Shown here: piece by piece, positions 13,053-30,400 of the stretch
Position numbering within the stretch: the first letter of the stretch is position 1
Layout: each line of letters starts with the position of its first letter
Assembly (NCBI GenBank): GCA_030141605.1
Contig: JAQGDQ010000007.1
Span: 979,173-1,043,172, forward strand
DNA: 64,000 nucleotides
Direction of reading: 5' to 3'
Origin: Tubiluchus corallicola
Lineage: Eukaryota; Animalia; Priapulida
The notes under the pieces: generated by a model
What the model saw: the letters and a program-made list of their open reading frames with translations, nothing else
Database searches by the model: none
Told to the model about the DNA's origin: nothing
Translations under genes and position numbers: made by a program

Positions 13053-15273
13053 GAATGCAATCCAGAGTTCCACTTTTCTGACAATCCCATTAAATCCTTT
13101 AAAATAAAAAAAAATGTATTGAAAAAAGACAACTTTATTATAGCAAGTGGCGACTTTCTAACAGGGATTGAATTAAACTTTTAGATTTATATAGTGGATA
13201 TAAATCTAAGGATTCTGTATTGTGGATAGCGAGTCTAACTTCATCGCCTGGGCTGGTGTAGATATTGGGAGATTCCTCATAACCAGGAAGTGGGTGTATG
13301 AACAATTAAAATAAGTGTGGCCTCTATTAATTAAAATAATCCTATACTCGATTAATTATACGGTGTAGAATACATTTTTGCAGCGGAAACAAGATACAGT
13401 GCTTAAAGTCTGTGCATACTACATGTATTAGCATTCTCACCGAGGGATCTAGTTTCCAAATTGCACCTTTGTAGTAAATAATACTTTCTACAAAATGTGC
13501 ATAATACAGAATATTAACTCAATTTATGGCCACAAGAAATCTTAGTTCTCATTAAAAAGTTTTGGAAGCAAAAACTAGCGAATTAAAATTGCATTTGTGC
13601 AGAGAAGGGCAAGTGCATTTCCCGATGTTATCCTGAATCATATTCTGATTCTTTTGTAAAAAATCGAAAACTCAAGGGCCGTCCGAAAATTTATACCCTT
13701 ATCATGTGTTGCTTATAACTTATTAAGAGAGTTATAGCATTTAAAGTAAATTATTGGACCGAAATTTTGATAAATTGGCTCGGTTTCCAAAAAAACTTAA
13801 GCAATTTGCCAAAGCTTAAAAATGTGACGGAGTTTTGCCTAGCAGAAAAGGCAAGTATATTATGCCACGGATCATAAATCCACCTAGAAGCAATCTAGAA
13901 GCAGTTGAACTGTTACTGTAAGAATTAAGCGATTTATTAAGAAATGTTATAATGTTAAGGAATCATGCGTTATTTTAGATACTGCTATCACAAGATCTTC
14001 GTTCGTCTTGCATTATGGACGTATGTAACAATCTTGGTAATGGAACCTATTCAGCATGAATCGACGTGCGTTGTAGAAAGCTTGAGAGAACAAAGGTTCG
14101 TGAAGCATCATCAAACAATGATATAAGACCAGTTGCTACTCCGCAAATAAGGATATATTGTTAGAAACTAAAATATAAATCGGATGTTCTGAAACAAGAA
14201 TGTTTAATTGCAGAAGATAACATTGTTGAAAATGAAACAAGTAATTTTTTAATGAAGAAATCAATAGCTGGTACAAAATTCTACATATAAGAAGCCCGAT
14301 GAAACCGCATTTATAGCAGCAGCAGCAGCTGTCCTGCATGCAGGGATACTCAACGACAATATGAGGAATCAATGTGAAAGGAGTACTCGTTTGCATAAAT
14401 GCGACATTTATGAAGCAATGAAGAAAAATCCTGTAAAGATAGCAATAAAAAAGATTTAGTGCATGTAGCAGGAGACCCTCATGGAGGAAGACATTGCAGC
14501 TTGACCTCAAGTCAGACCCAATCAGACCCGTAATTATACCAATTGAGTTACGGTGACAGGCCGAGATACAGTCCAGATGTGTAGCTGCAGTACAACAGCA
14601 AGGCCAAACAGTAGGTTTATAAAAATGGAGAGCGGCATCAAGATTTAGATATTTCGAATACGGTACTGGTTTTCTTCTCATCTCTCATCAAAGATAGGAT
14701 CAGAATCTCTTGAAAAAATTCGGATAAATACATGGATTGCACACAGGTACAGTCGAGTCACAGGGAAAAGTTTATTATTTATTGGTAGCATATCATAAGT
14801 TTTTAACGGAATTTGAAATATTTTATTAAGTTAATATGTGGCAATAATATTTCGACACAGGCATTTCAGATGCTCTCACTTATCGACGCTTCCTCTTGTG
14901 TCATTTGCTTCCATCTCCTTTCTGTTGGCCATTTTTAATAAACAGTCACGTGAGCGGTCAACGGTTTGGTTACTGGTTTTTGACAAAATAAATTTAATGC
15001 AATATGGACAGAATAGTATTACAATGAAAGAATGATTTATAAGTTAACCAGTTACCCCTCTCGTAGCTGAGCTATTAATAAATGTATTCACTATAAATTT
15101 ATGTTTGCATGAAAAACAAAACTGTTTGCCAAACGTATTCTGATTATAAGGCAGCTATTAAATGATTTATTGGCTGTTTGAATTGTGAGCGGTAAAAAAT
15201 TGTAAATTATTTTTTTATCAATTAAATGTTATTTCATATATTAACTTGATCTTCGTGTCGTCATTGTAGTCGT

Positions 15274-15317
<44 letters not shown>
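15274..15317. repeat. (CAT)n microsatellite
   Basis: About 14 perfect ATC/CAT units. Confidence 0.95.
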
Positions 15318-17280
15318 TAACATCAATCAGCTTTAGATATCGGGTGTTTTGTAAATAACTACCAAGTCTCGAGTCAGAACTCGAATCGGAATGAAAAGTG
15401 AAGTAGACTTTAATTTACCTAAATAACTGAATAGTTATTTAAGTAAACAATCGGCTTAAAGGATTCACTTCTTTACCAACGAATAACGATCTAATTAATG
15501 ATCCATAGAATCATAATTTTGATCCCCATGACTCTTCATTTTCTAGAGCGTTTGCACTACTTAACCTTTTAACTGCATCTTTATTATGGGCTTTTTGAAA
15601 TTTTGTTTACACATGATTTATTACAGGGTCTTTTAGTGAGGTGTTTTTTTTGAAAATCTAACCCATTTTATATAACCCTGCGACGAGTCTGTTGTTGATT
15701 CTCAATAATAACTTTTGTGCTTTCTAAAACTGGTTTCTGGTGACTGTATAAGTCACAAAAAACTCAGAGAAAAATCGCATGCAGATGTACTACTATAATA
15801 GTAAGCAGAAGTGAAAATGCACAAAGTGTCATGCACATAAATCGTCAGCCACAGACTCATCTGTTGTGATTTATTATTACGGCTGCTATTAGTATCACCC
15901 AATGCAATATTTGTTTAGAAAGGACATTTATAGTATTCGATGCTTGGTCTTTGTATAACTGTACAGATTTCCCTGGAGTGTGTGTCCGTGCTTCTTGAAG
16001 TTTCGTCATCGGCAAACAGTGCATTTAGAAACACCATTCAAAGATTATTTACTTTTGAGCGAATGTTGTATAGTCTTTGATGGCATGCCTTCGTCGTGAA
16101 TACTATCTAATGACGTTAGAGGTTAGGAGAATATTGATTCCCTCTCCGGATCAAAAAAGAACATCTTGTTATACCAGTGTAAGTGAAAGTCCCCTAAAAT
16201 GTGATCTGGTGTTCACGTTTGGTTGTGTTGTTGACTGGTGTACCGACATCACAGTACAATTTAGTTTATTTTTCCGCCTGCTACTTACGTACCTACCTGC
16301 CCATATCTGTCTATCTCATGGCTTGCCTGCTGATTTATATATGGGTGAATCTTTGTCTGTAGGTGTATTTGGTTTTTAAATTGTTCAAACCACAATTTTC
16401 AGAGTGGTAGAGGAGGTTAGAAGGAGTTAAACTACCTAAACTACCCAAACTAACACATTTTTAGGTATAATTATGTGTATAATAGCTCAATAAATTGCTA
16501 ATGCGGTTTAGGTGGTTGACACTTTACTATTTTTTACTCAACGCAGGGCTGCTTTGAATGTTCACACGAGTGATACTAACATGCCAAACGTTGGTTAACT
16601 TCGGCTGCTAAACACACCCCATTGTTGTTCTTCCCTAGTTGCTTAATCCCCTCACATAACGCACATAACATTCCTCGCTGAACAGTAATCAGTTGATCAT
16701 AGCTATTTTTTATTTATTCTTTCATACCAGTACAGATAAGCCTGACTGAATACTGACTATGGATAGATAATTCATGCCCTGCTTTCAGTAGTAAAATGGC
16801 GCGGTCTTCAATCTCGAACAGCCAATCCCCAACGGAAGCTTCAGAACTTTTAAAAAGAGAACTTTGTTGTAGAAGGATTTGAAAACGTGTAAATCAAGCT
16901 TCAAAAATCGGTAAACTTTTTTGTGTGATCGAAATTATTTCGGAAGTGGTCCACACTCCGCAAACACACACGCATAAATATGAAAATTAGTTATAAATTA
17001 CGTCATATCATGATGAGATAGTATACATAATAAGTTAATACAAACGCAGTTAAAACTCTACACTACGAAGAGGCTTTTAGCTATTATTTTGGGAACGAGT
17101 TAAGACAAGGTCGCTTTTTAAATTTATCTACATGCGGTTAAATATTTTTTGGCAGATTCTGGAGGATTTAAGGTAACTTTGCATCAATTTTGCATCAAAT
17201 TTTACTTTCAAGCTGTCTTGCACTATTACAATGGCTTACAATGATTCTACTTTAACATTGTTTGTGCAGAATACTATACA

Positions 17281-18143
17281 GTATGTAAAATGGCACAGGA
17301 AAAAGGTATAGGGACAAATGAAAAAGTAGGTAAAAATGGCACAGGTAAAAATGGCACAGGAAAAATGGCACACTACTTAGCAAAATGTCTGTTTAGGGTT
17401 AGGGTTACAGTAATTATTTTGGCTACTTTTACCTCTGTCAAGAAAGTTATTCTTCAACACAGTTCGTTTTGTTGTTTTTTGTCTGTTATGGCAGTAAGCC
17501 TGTTACGCAAAAAACTATCTAATAGATTTCCCAGAAACTTCATGAAGAAAGGCGGGCTTAAGGGGTGCCAAAATGGGAAAATGTAAAAAACATGCATGAA
17601 GTACTTCGTGAAGCTTTCAGAGGGAGTGTTTAGTGCTTCTTTTTTGTTATCTCCACTTAACTGTTTTTATTAATGTGTATAGCCTAATAAGGTGATTTGG
17701 TAGTTATATATATTTGTCAGTCTATTACAATCGCCAAAATTAATGGTTAAAAAGATAGATAAACACTATGCGGAACATTCGTGCATTATTGATTATAAAT
17801 CTGTGAGACTTTTGCTAGTCTATTTATAGCAATGTAGACTCTATATAAACTCCATATAATATATAGACTCTATATAATATCAATATAGGAACATTTTTGT
17901 GTGTTTGCTAGTTTATCTTTGTGTCAAGTTTTTTAATCAGAAGAACAGATGAATAAGTAGGATTGTTCGGCTTTAGCGGAAATCTGCTTCCTACTAAGCC
18001 CATTCTAGATTTATTAAAAAATCAATTGCATCAAAATAACATGTGCCATTTTCCCTACTTTTCCATGTGGGCAATTTTTCCTGTGCCATTTTTACTTGCT
18101 TTTCCGTTTGTGCGATTTTTCCTGTGTTATTTTTAGCGTACCC
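17281..18143 (+). mobile_element. Foldback-type MITE with modular AAAATGGCACAGG termini, copy 1
   Basis: Left array aaaaatggcacagg, right inverted array cctgtgccattttt; interior homologous to 47842-48820; contains TTAGGGTTAGGG. Confidence 0.8.
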
Positions 18144-18313
18144 CAGCAAGATCTAGTGCTGCTGCAGCTATCACGATTTTTACATAGTTATAACAGTACA
18201 TGCAAACGTCCTTACGTCATTATTGAATAACTTGACTTCTTCAGGTTTGTTAAACATTCTCGGTTGGAACAGCGTCTTCAGTGGAGGAAATTAAAATTCG
18301 TATTTCTTTGCAG

Positions 18314-21852
<3,539 letters not shown>

Positions 21853-22886
21853 GTATCTGTGTGTATTTTCCCTTAGTGAACTTTTGTGACAAGGTACGTT
21901 TTTTACAGCGCGGTGTAATATATAAATATTCTGTGTAAGAAAACACTTTTCTACAAGTTGTGTTCGTCCAATGAACTATGAATGATCTTTTTGGATGAGT
22001 AATTGTAATATTCTTTAATACTTATTATTGTGCCATTGATTTAATGTTGTTTGATAAAAATAAGTATGACTATTATAGTACCCGCTATTTGTGGGAATTT
22101 GCATAGAAACTTAGGCTGTACTCCTTATCTAACTAGTTAATAAGCAAATTACACAAGACATATAGGTAATTTTCAATGTTGTTAATTAATCACAATGCAC
22201 TTATTATTTAGCGATTCATTCTGACAACTTCACGAATACATGTGTTAGTAAATATTGCACAATGCTGTAAATAGCCAAGAATTTTTACGTGTTCATTTAT
22301 ATGTCACAATTTTATTGCCACATGTTGAAAGGCCATGTGCTGACTTCCTATTGTGATGCTTGTTACAATTACAATTTCGTCACGCACTTCAAGACTCACT
22401 TAGAGCACGTTTATACTGCGTAACACTACTACTCACTATGTTCATCCTGCCATCTGTGGTTAATTTTCTTCAACTAATTCTTGTTCGGAAAATTATTGTT
22501 TGCTTACAACGGATGTTCACTGTTTTGTGAGCGAATTTTAATGTATATAAATTTACACGAAATACACTGCTCTGCTTATGTATTTTTTTCAAAATTAAAA
22601 AATGTCTCGTTAGTTTGTAAGGCTGTTCAAACATTTCGAATTGAAGATTTTAGTTTGTTGAGGGTGGAAAAGTACTAGAATTTCCTGCATAAGTCGTTCA
22701 AAAACTTGTTTGCTGATCATTGTGTATGTTTGTAAATACGAGTAATTAAGGCTGGATTTTGGGAAAAATATGTTTTTTAATTTTATAATAATTTTTAACA
22801 ACTGCAGAGTACTATTAAATATTATTAAACGGCTATTTTTATTAAGTGCAGTACTGCATATGGTAGCTTCAATCTACTTATATACT

Positions 22887-23322
22887 GCACGAGAATTGGA
22901 ATCGGGTTATGGGGTCTGACACGGTTGTCCCGATGATTTGACTCAACTCCCTCGGTGACTCAAGTTCCCCGGTTTGATAAAAATTTGGCACAAGCGTACA
23001 ACGAATACTTACAAGCAAAGACAAATACTTACTCCATATTTTCGTCATCGTCATCACCAAATCATCATCATTATCGTCGTCGTCATCATCGTCATCATCA
23101 TCATCATCCAGCACTATACATTTATTTTTTGATTATAGGCCTACCATATTAACTAACTAGGCAAGCGATGTAGGCATTTATAGGCATATAATTTGTGTAC
23201 GAATTTTAAATTTTTGATTAATGAGTGAAAATGAACGGTTATTTTTATAACTCTACAAATGATTTGTAAAAAAGGGAAAAACCGGTTGACACGGTTTACT
23301 AGACCCGGTTCCAACTCCGTGC
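22887..23322. mobile_element. MITE with ~20-bp imperfect TIRs and an internal (CAT/CGT)n tract
   Basis: gcacgagaattggaatcgggt ... acccggttccaactccgtgc are inverted; gacacggtt sub-terminal motifs occur at both ends. Confidence 0.55.
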
Positions 23323-25394
23323 CGTGTATTACATTCGTTATTTGGGAGCTCTTAAACTATTTTTAGCAAAATCCTCTTTTTGGTATCTCAGATATGCATC
23401 GATCAACTCGATTGCTTACCTTTTAAGTTTAGATAAGTTTGTAACTGCTTGCCGAATTTTGATGAAAATAACTCCACCGGTTCGTTTTTCCGGCGCAATC
23501 TATTCAGCAGTATTAGTTTGATCAAAATCTAGTGACAGATCGCAATTTTTTTAGCATTTGATGTGGATTCGTCGTTCACTTGCCGGCCAAACATCAGCTT
23601 TCAATAAAACAATGTATTTGATTTGTTTGTATAATATACGACCAAAACTGCTTACTACTGAGAATATTGGCATGATTAGATTCATATTGTGGTAAATGGA
23701 ACTTTTTAAATACAGTTTTAAATAGTGAGCATCACTACTCGGTATAATTAATATTAGTTTACTCTTTTTCTTTTAATAATCGAATACACTAATTATATAG
23801 AGAGATAAACACGTGTATTACGCCTTATTGCACCAAATGTTTTTCGTAATATTTTACATGCCTTTTCAGCAATTACAAGTTTAACTTTGTAATGCATAAT
23901 AATTTCAAAAAGGCAAACACTAAATCATTCTATCGGACAGTCGGGCTGGTGGTCGCTTAGGGTGCTAAAATTGTTTTTACTAACGTTTTTATCCATAAGT
24001 ATTCAGGCAGTACGGTATGGGCTTTGCGCTAAGTTTAACTAGGAGATGTGTGTGTTCTTATATTGCAGCGACTATTCGTGGTTAAAATTATCTATATTTG
24101 TTGTATTTCTGGCTCTCGTATATATATATTGTTATATATGTTGTCTGCGGTGATATTCGTATGATGTGAATAAAAATCGATGTTTTAATCTATAGATCTG
24201 ATGTAGTGTAATCAAAAGAATTATAATTGTTGGTACTTACATGCGTAGATTAACAGGTAACATGTTGTTACAATCATTATTAATATTATGGTTTGTCCAA
24301 CTGCATAGGAAAGGATATATCACATAACAATTAACCTTTTTGTTTTTTGGATCTAGTGAATAGGTAAGACTGTTTTAATCTGTATTCTGTCTTAATAGTA
24401 ATAAGTGACCATCACATCTATAAAGAGCAAACTTTAAATATAATGGTTTATTATATATGTGCTACAGCTGATGTACACATTTTGATAGTTCGCCATAATT
24501 GCAGTAATAGTGTTCCATGGCTGCAAAATTTGTAATCTAAAGTAAATTTATAAAAAAATATTGTCAAGTTGTGAGCGTTGACGAAGTTAAAGGCAAAATT
24601 TAAATGAAACAGTAGCATAAAATTTGTTTTGAACTGATTTCCAGGGTTCGCAAGTGTGTCTGCTCTGAGCTAGATGGCCTTGATTTGTAGGACAGAATCA
24701 ATAAAGCGTTTATACGGAAGTCGCTGTTACTCAGAGTCAGAGAAGCTGCAGAAAAGGAGAGCATCCATACGGGGGAATGTGGCAGTCTTGTCTTGTCAAA
24801 GAAGTTAACTGTCTACACTTGAAGGATTTTTGAACTACTTTGTGAAAGCCCAGATGAACTGTTTATGAGTGTTACATACGCTGACTTTTCACTTCTGTTA
24901 GTATTTTCAAAAATACTGAAAGTCGACCAAACTTGCAAGCAGCGTGTGACATGGCATTGTGTGGAGGGATGCATCATTCGTATAGGCAGTTCTTTTTTTT
25001 ATGTACCGCTTTATTCTTTGTCTCAACAAGTAAGTAAAATCACTAGCTTTTGTCGATTTTTCTACAGCGAATCTTTATTATTTCGTTTTCGGTGTATATG
25101 ACAGTTTTACTCATTGTCTATAGGTAATACGGTATAATAAAGAATTGGAATTTAGTAACTTTATGGTATGCAACGAGAAGATAGAAATCACGGAAATGTA
25201 TAGAAGCAAAGCAATCTCTATATCATTCAAATAACTAATTTAATTGTCAAATATTTTTTGTACAACGTCTTGAAATTCAACAAGGTTTATCAGTATTAAT
25301 GATATTTCGGGAAACCACTGCTCCCTTCACCAGGTTACATAAAATGTGTTTGTGTGACACCATTGTCTTTGTCTTTATTAACAATAGCATTCCT

Positions 25395-25930
25395 TTTTTA
25401 ATCATGGCTCACTTACTGATATCGTCTAGACATGTCCTTTGCTGCCTTCTTCTAGTACTTCTCCCTGCGATTTCTTTCATCTGTCTCTGTATCAGTTCGC
25501 TATACCTTAAAGCATGTCCACAATATTAAGCTTTCTTCTTGACGATGATATCCCAGCAGGTTTTTTCTCCTTTAACGTTCCTGTCACTTTTTCATTTCGT
25601 GACTTTTCTTCTCTAACTGACGTTCAGCATGCTTCAGTAACAGCACATTTCTAAGACTTCCAGTCGCTTACTTGTGCCTGCTTACTTCAGTGTCCATCCG
25701 TCCATGTAGCAAAACTGACCAACATAACATGCGTCATTTTCCTGTCGTTACACTAATCTTTTGATTTCATATAAACTTTCTTAACTTCGCAAACTAAGTC
25801 TGCACTTTTGCATTTTATTTCCTTCTCATAACTGCCGTTTTTTGTTACTTTCCCAACTCCTCAAATAGCAAGAATGCTCTGCCTGTCCATTATCTCCGCC
25901 ATCGATATTTAACTTCATTGTTTTCTACTT
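25395..25930 (-). mobile_element. Decayed RTE-like LINE, 3' part of ORF2
   Basis: Minus-strand reading across frameshifts gives WTLKQAQVKRLEVLEMCCY.SMLNVS..EKVTNEKV, the pattern typical of RTE-clade ORF2 after the RT domain. Confidence 0.65.
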
Positions 25931-25939
25931 TCCCTCCTG

Positions 25940-26717
25940 ATGGATGTGCAATCTCGTGGACAATGGATGGATATTAAAAAAACAGTAAGTATGCACCAAA
26001 GTGGTTTGGGGGACCACAAGTGGCCGTTTCCTTGGATGAAATCTTCTTGAATGAGGAAAGTGACGATGATGGTGGTGATGACGATGTTTTGGTGACGATG
26101 TGATTATTAGTGAAGATGCAATTGGTGACGAGGAAAATTAAAATTATGACCATACTAATGGTTTTTGTTACTAAAGATTTTGCGATTGAGTTTAAAATTT
26201 ATATTTATATTTAAAATTACAGTTATATTTTCTATAGTTACAATATTGTTCCAATTAGTGTTTAATATTCAGTTAATTCTCTTATTAATGGAATATTAAA
26301 TTTATTTCAGTAACTTGTTTGACGTAAATACGGTATTACGCAACTTTTGATCTCTTATAATCGTTGTCCAGTACAGGTCGTCTGATTTTTAATTTGTCCC
26401 GCCAACCTCATTAGGATTGGACATTTTTCAAACAGTACAATGTCCCCTACACTTTGGCAGAAAAATTAACCATGTACTTTATGGTGTAATTTTCGGCCCT
26501 CTGACCGCTAACCATAATGGTGAGATTCCATATTGCCCGAGCAGTTCTCGTCAGATTTGGTGTTTTTTAATTCACGATAGTACCACCTACAATTGTAGAC
26601 ATCTAGCCATGTACCCTATGATGCAATTTTTGGCCCCTTTTGAGGATACCTATTGTTTCCACCCCGAACGCCCCAAAACTCCTTGTAAGACGGGCAGTTT
26701 TATGAAAGCGTAGACTA
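25940..26717 (+). mobile_element. 3' end of an Academ-like DNA transposon (transposase C-terminal remnant plus terminus)
   Basis: Frameshifted NGWILK..KYAPKWFGGPQVAVSLDEIFLNEESDDDGGDDD acidic tail, then a region ending GTAGACTA at 26717, the same octamer that ends the repeat at 44196. Confidence 0.5.
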
Positions 26718-26788
26718 GTACTCAGATGCCCAAACCTTTTGTTCCTTATCATGTCCTTATTTCGTCTAGGACTTTTTCTTCTGGAACT

Positions 26789-27030
26789 ATTTGGACACAT
26801 GGGTCATTTGGACGCAAGGTACTTTGGACACATAGATCATTTAGATACAAGGCAGTTTGGACATATAGGTCATTTGGACACATAGGACATCTGGTCTGAA
26901 GGCACTTTGGACACATATGACATTTGGACACTAGGTGTTTTTCACGCAGTATTCAGAAGCGTAGATAATTTTTGTCCAAATTATCTATGTGTCGAAGTAG
27001 CCCGTGTCGAAATGACCCATGTGTCCAAAT
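26789..27030. mobile_element. Small foldback MITE with 15-bp TTGGACAC modular arms
   Basis: Perfect 21-bp IR: atttggacacatgggtcattt (26789-26809) and aaatgacccatgtgtccaaat (27010-27030); about 10 units on the left and 4 inverted units on the right. Confidence 0.85.
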
Positions 27031-27031
27031 T

Positions 27032-27101
27032 GCAGCAGAAGCAGCATCAGCAGCAGCAGAAGCAACAACAGCAGCAGCACCACCAGCAGCAGCAGCAGCA
27101 G
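27032..27101. repeat. Imperfect (CAG)n tract upstream of LU gene B
   Basis: About 23 CAG/CAA/CAC/AAG triplets directly abutting the MITE TIR. Confidence 0.9.
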
Positions 27102-27377
27102 TTAAATTTTGAGGCGGATATGGTCTGTTTTACTTCTATTTGTGCCAAAAAAGAGTTAGACGTACATTTCTAAGTTTGTTTGCATTGACGGAGTCTGCGC
27201 TTTACTGAGCAACGCTCTAGTTCAATGACGTTTTGCCAGATTTAATATAAAAAGATCTGTAATTTAACTTTGGTGATACTGCGCTCAAAAAAGCTATAAA
27301 GCATACAAGTGTTAGTGATCATTTGTTACTGCAAGTTAAGACACCTAAAGACATTTTTTATAATTATAAAATTATTA

Positions 27378-27441
27378 ATGATGCTGAAATTAAAAGCTTG
27401 GGAACTTGTTCTGTTGCTAGTCGTGTACTCTGTTGCAAAAG
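27378..27441 (+). CDS. LU protein B, signal-peptide exon
   Basis: 64 nt = 21 codons + G; basic N-region and hydrophobic core; phase fits exon 34972 (G+CA = Ala). The donor gttttg is weak. Confidence 0.7.
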
Positions 27442-30400
27442 GTTTTGTCCCCCTTACATCTGCTGCCCCTATAACTGAAACGTCACTTTAGACTGACTTG
27501 CAATTTGTAAATTTGTAAATCGAAGTAGCTCCATTCAAATGACGGTTTTTTACAATTATAAAATATTCTTAACAGTTAATATGTGAATGAAATTTCAAGC
27601 CCTTTCAGTTTCATTTACAAAGTAAGACGTGTTAATTAGACACAGTTCGTATAAATGAAAACACGTTAAACGCAGACATGTGGTAGTGGTATTTCGGATT
27701 TATCGTCACACTATAATGGCATACTGGTCTACTGGAATCTAATTCTCACAAATGCAATTTAAACCCTTTGAGATTTGCTGGCGGCTGACTCTGCAGATGC
27801 TGAGTTACATTGAGTAAATAATTGTAGACTATTATTTCGTGAACCATTCATCACGCCATCGTGAATCATTTCTAGACTAAACATTTCTCAAATTCTTTCA
27901 TAATTAATCGTTTTTAGGCAAGAACATCTTCCCACACAAGTGCTCGTTTTGCCATAAATTTTCTGAAGCTTGCTGGGAATAATTACGTTTCACAATTATG
28001 TACAATATGTGTATTTTCATAATTATGTTTATTAATAAAATTACGGTGCTTTTCGTCAAACGGTGTTGGGTTTAAACAAGTGTTTGCAACGTGTTGAAGG
28101 CCGTATGTTAAGGCATGTGTCGCAAATTCCAGATATTGATTGTTTCACGACATGTAATGCTCATAATAAAACCGACTGAATAAAATGTGTGTTTTCATTT
28201 TCTTGATATTTTATTATAGAACTTACAATGAAAAGGTTCAAAAGGAACAAAACACAAGCACTGCTGTTCATATTAATTAAAATCATCAAGTTTTTGGTGC
28301 TCATACAGCTCCAATATCAGCAAGCTTAGGCCCGCGCAATTTTCTGTTGCACAACTAATTGTTGCAAAATCTGTAAATAACTGAAATCTACGGAGAAGAA
28401 ATAACTGAAGAACTAAAAAGTTACAAGCTGAACTCAAACTTTTAGTTGCGCAACTATTTTGTAATGTACTGTTTTCAATGGGGGCGTGCAGATATACAAT
28501 TTTTAATTCCGCAACTTTTAACCAAACACAATATTTAAGTGCAAGAATAAGGCAGCGCCTTATGAAAAGGTTCTATTAAGCGTACATTAGAGAGAAATGA
28601 AAAACAAATTAGATACATAATTCTTTTTGTTATTGCTACCATCCTTTAGGATGTTCAGTGACAAATTCGGAAATTGGAGACCAAAACATTTACTGAAAAG
28701 TGAAAAGTGAACAGCGCACACAAACACGTCTTACTACAAGCAATTAAAATCTTTCTGCTGCCTTTTTCGAATTTTTTCCTACTATTGCGATCTTTTACAA
28801 TGACAGACACCTCTTATAAGACAGACAAAACGGGCAATAAGAGAAGACCAAAGATAAAAGTCTTGGTGTTGGAGATGGTTTTATTTCTGCACTTAATGTC
28901 GAGATAGATAATGTGCAACCCAATAGTACGCAGCAGTTCATCAAAACTATTTGGACTCATACGATAATAACTAAATAATTCAGTCGAATGAGCCCGTCTG
29001 CCGTGATAGAGCTTATAAAATTACCTTTTCAGTAATCGGTGGCTATTTATTAGGCGGGCCAAGTGTTTCCGGTGTGCATTTGTCTTTTATGAATTAATAA
29101 TATACAAATACATGCAAACTTTTCAAGCTCCATAGCACCAGCCTGGCAATTAACAATTGCGTGTGTGTGCGCTCGATTTCGGTACACCAGTAAAATTGCC
29201 GCAGTTTTCAATTGTACAACTTTTAATTGCGCTGCGAGGGCCCACAACTGGCGGTAAGGCGCTTGAAGACGTTACTTGTATTTATGCATTATTAATTTAC
29301 AAAAAGACAGAAACGTCGAAAGTAGTGGGGCAGGTATTACTGAAAGGACAATTTTACAAGTTCTATGACGACTTACGGGCTCATCCGAGTAAATTTCTTA
29401 GTTATTAGGTTTCTGTTCTCATATTCAGGTAACTATCTGTCATGGAAAACAACAATGCTACAAAATCCCTATCTTCCATTTTCCAGTAAAAGTTTCTATG
29501 CGTCTGGAGTTTTTTAACAAACAATGCAAAATGAGCGAAATTCGCGGCAGCAATAGCTGCAGCATGCCTAACGTGTTCGCAGGAAGTGTTCACTCAAACT
29601 TCGTATTTTGATCTTCATTTTCTGAATTTGTCACAGAATTTCTTGAAAGACAATAGCAGAGATAGTAACAATGATTTATCTTCATTAATTTGTTTTTCTT
29701 TTCTTTTGTACCTTTAATTATGCCCTTCATAAGGTGCTGTTTTTTCTCACGCTTAACTATTGTGTTTTGTTTACAAATTGCATGTCTGCGCGCTTGTCGG
29801 AAACTCGTTTCCGAAGTAAGCAAATTACTATTTGCTCTGTATAAATAATTGTACGAAGTACTTAAAGAAAGAGTACATAATTACTTCTGTAGTTTTATTG
29901 TGCAAGTATGTATGTAGTAAACCTGTCTTATCGCATCACTAGCCATGTAATTGTTAGGCAGGAAACAACTTGTTGGGGGAAAAAACTGACGTCTCTGAAA
30001 GTTGACGGAATAGGTCCCTACGTTAAGAGGAAAAGCTATCTCTTAACTTAATATGGACTAACTGTAATTAAAAGGAAGTTGACTTTTCCTTGCGTATAGA
30101 AGGCTGTTTTCCTCATGTAATAAAAACACTCGGGAGTAAAGAATCCCATGGTGATATATTGAATTGTTAATTTCGTGACGTTGGCTAACACTATTTAGTT
30201 TTATTTACAGGTCTTGTTGTGAAGTTATTATATTGTTATGTTATGTCTTATATATGAAGTGATAATGTAAATAAGTACATTATGATGTTTTTAACTCATT
30301 TGTTTAACTTTAGGTAATTAGTTTGATACATCGATTCTCCCGCCTTCTCTAAGCTAAACGTGAAATAAGCGAGATTAAGAACCAAAATAAATTCCCCGTT

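Noticed and set aside
14136-14681. Longest ORF in the track (181 aa, minus strand) as a gene
   Set aside because: Cys/Leu/Ile/Phe-rich composition typical of an antisense frame; no recognisable domain.
17393-17407. TTAGGG repeats as an interstitial telomere
   Set aside because: Only about two units, embedded in a MITE whose second copy carries similar motifs.
26789-26935. Short repeat array as a CRISPR array (also 1290-1478 and 49128-49385)
   Set aside because: Eukaryotic context, degenerate tandem units without unique spacers, and no cas genes.
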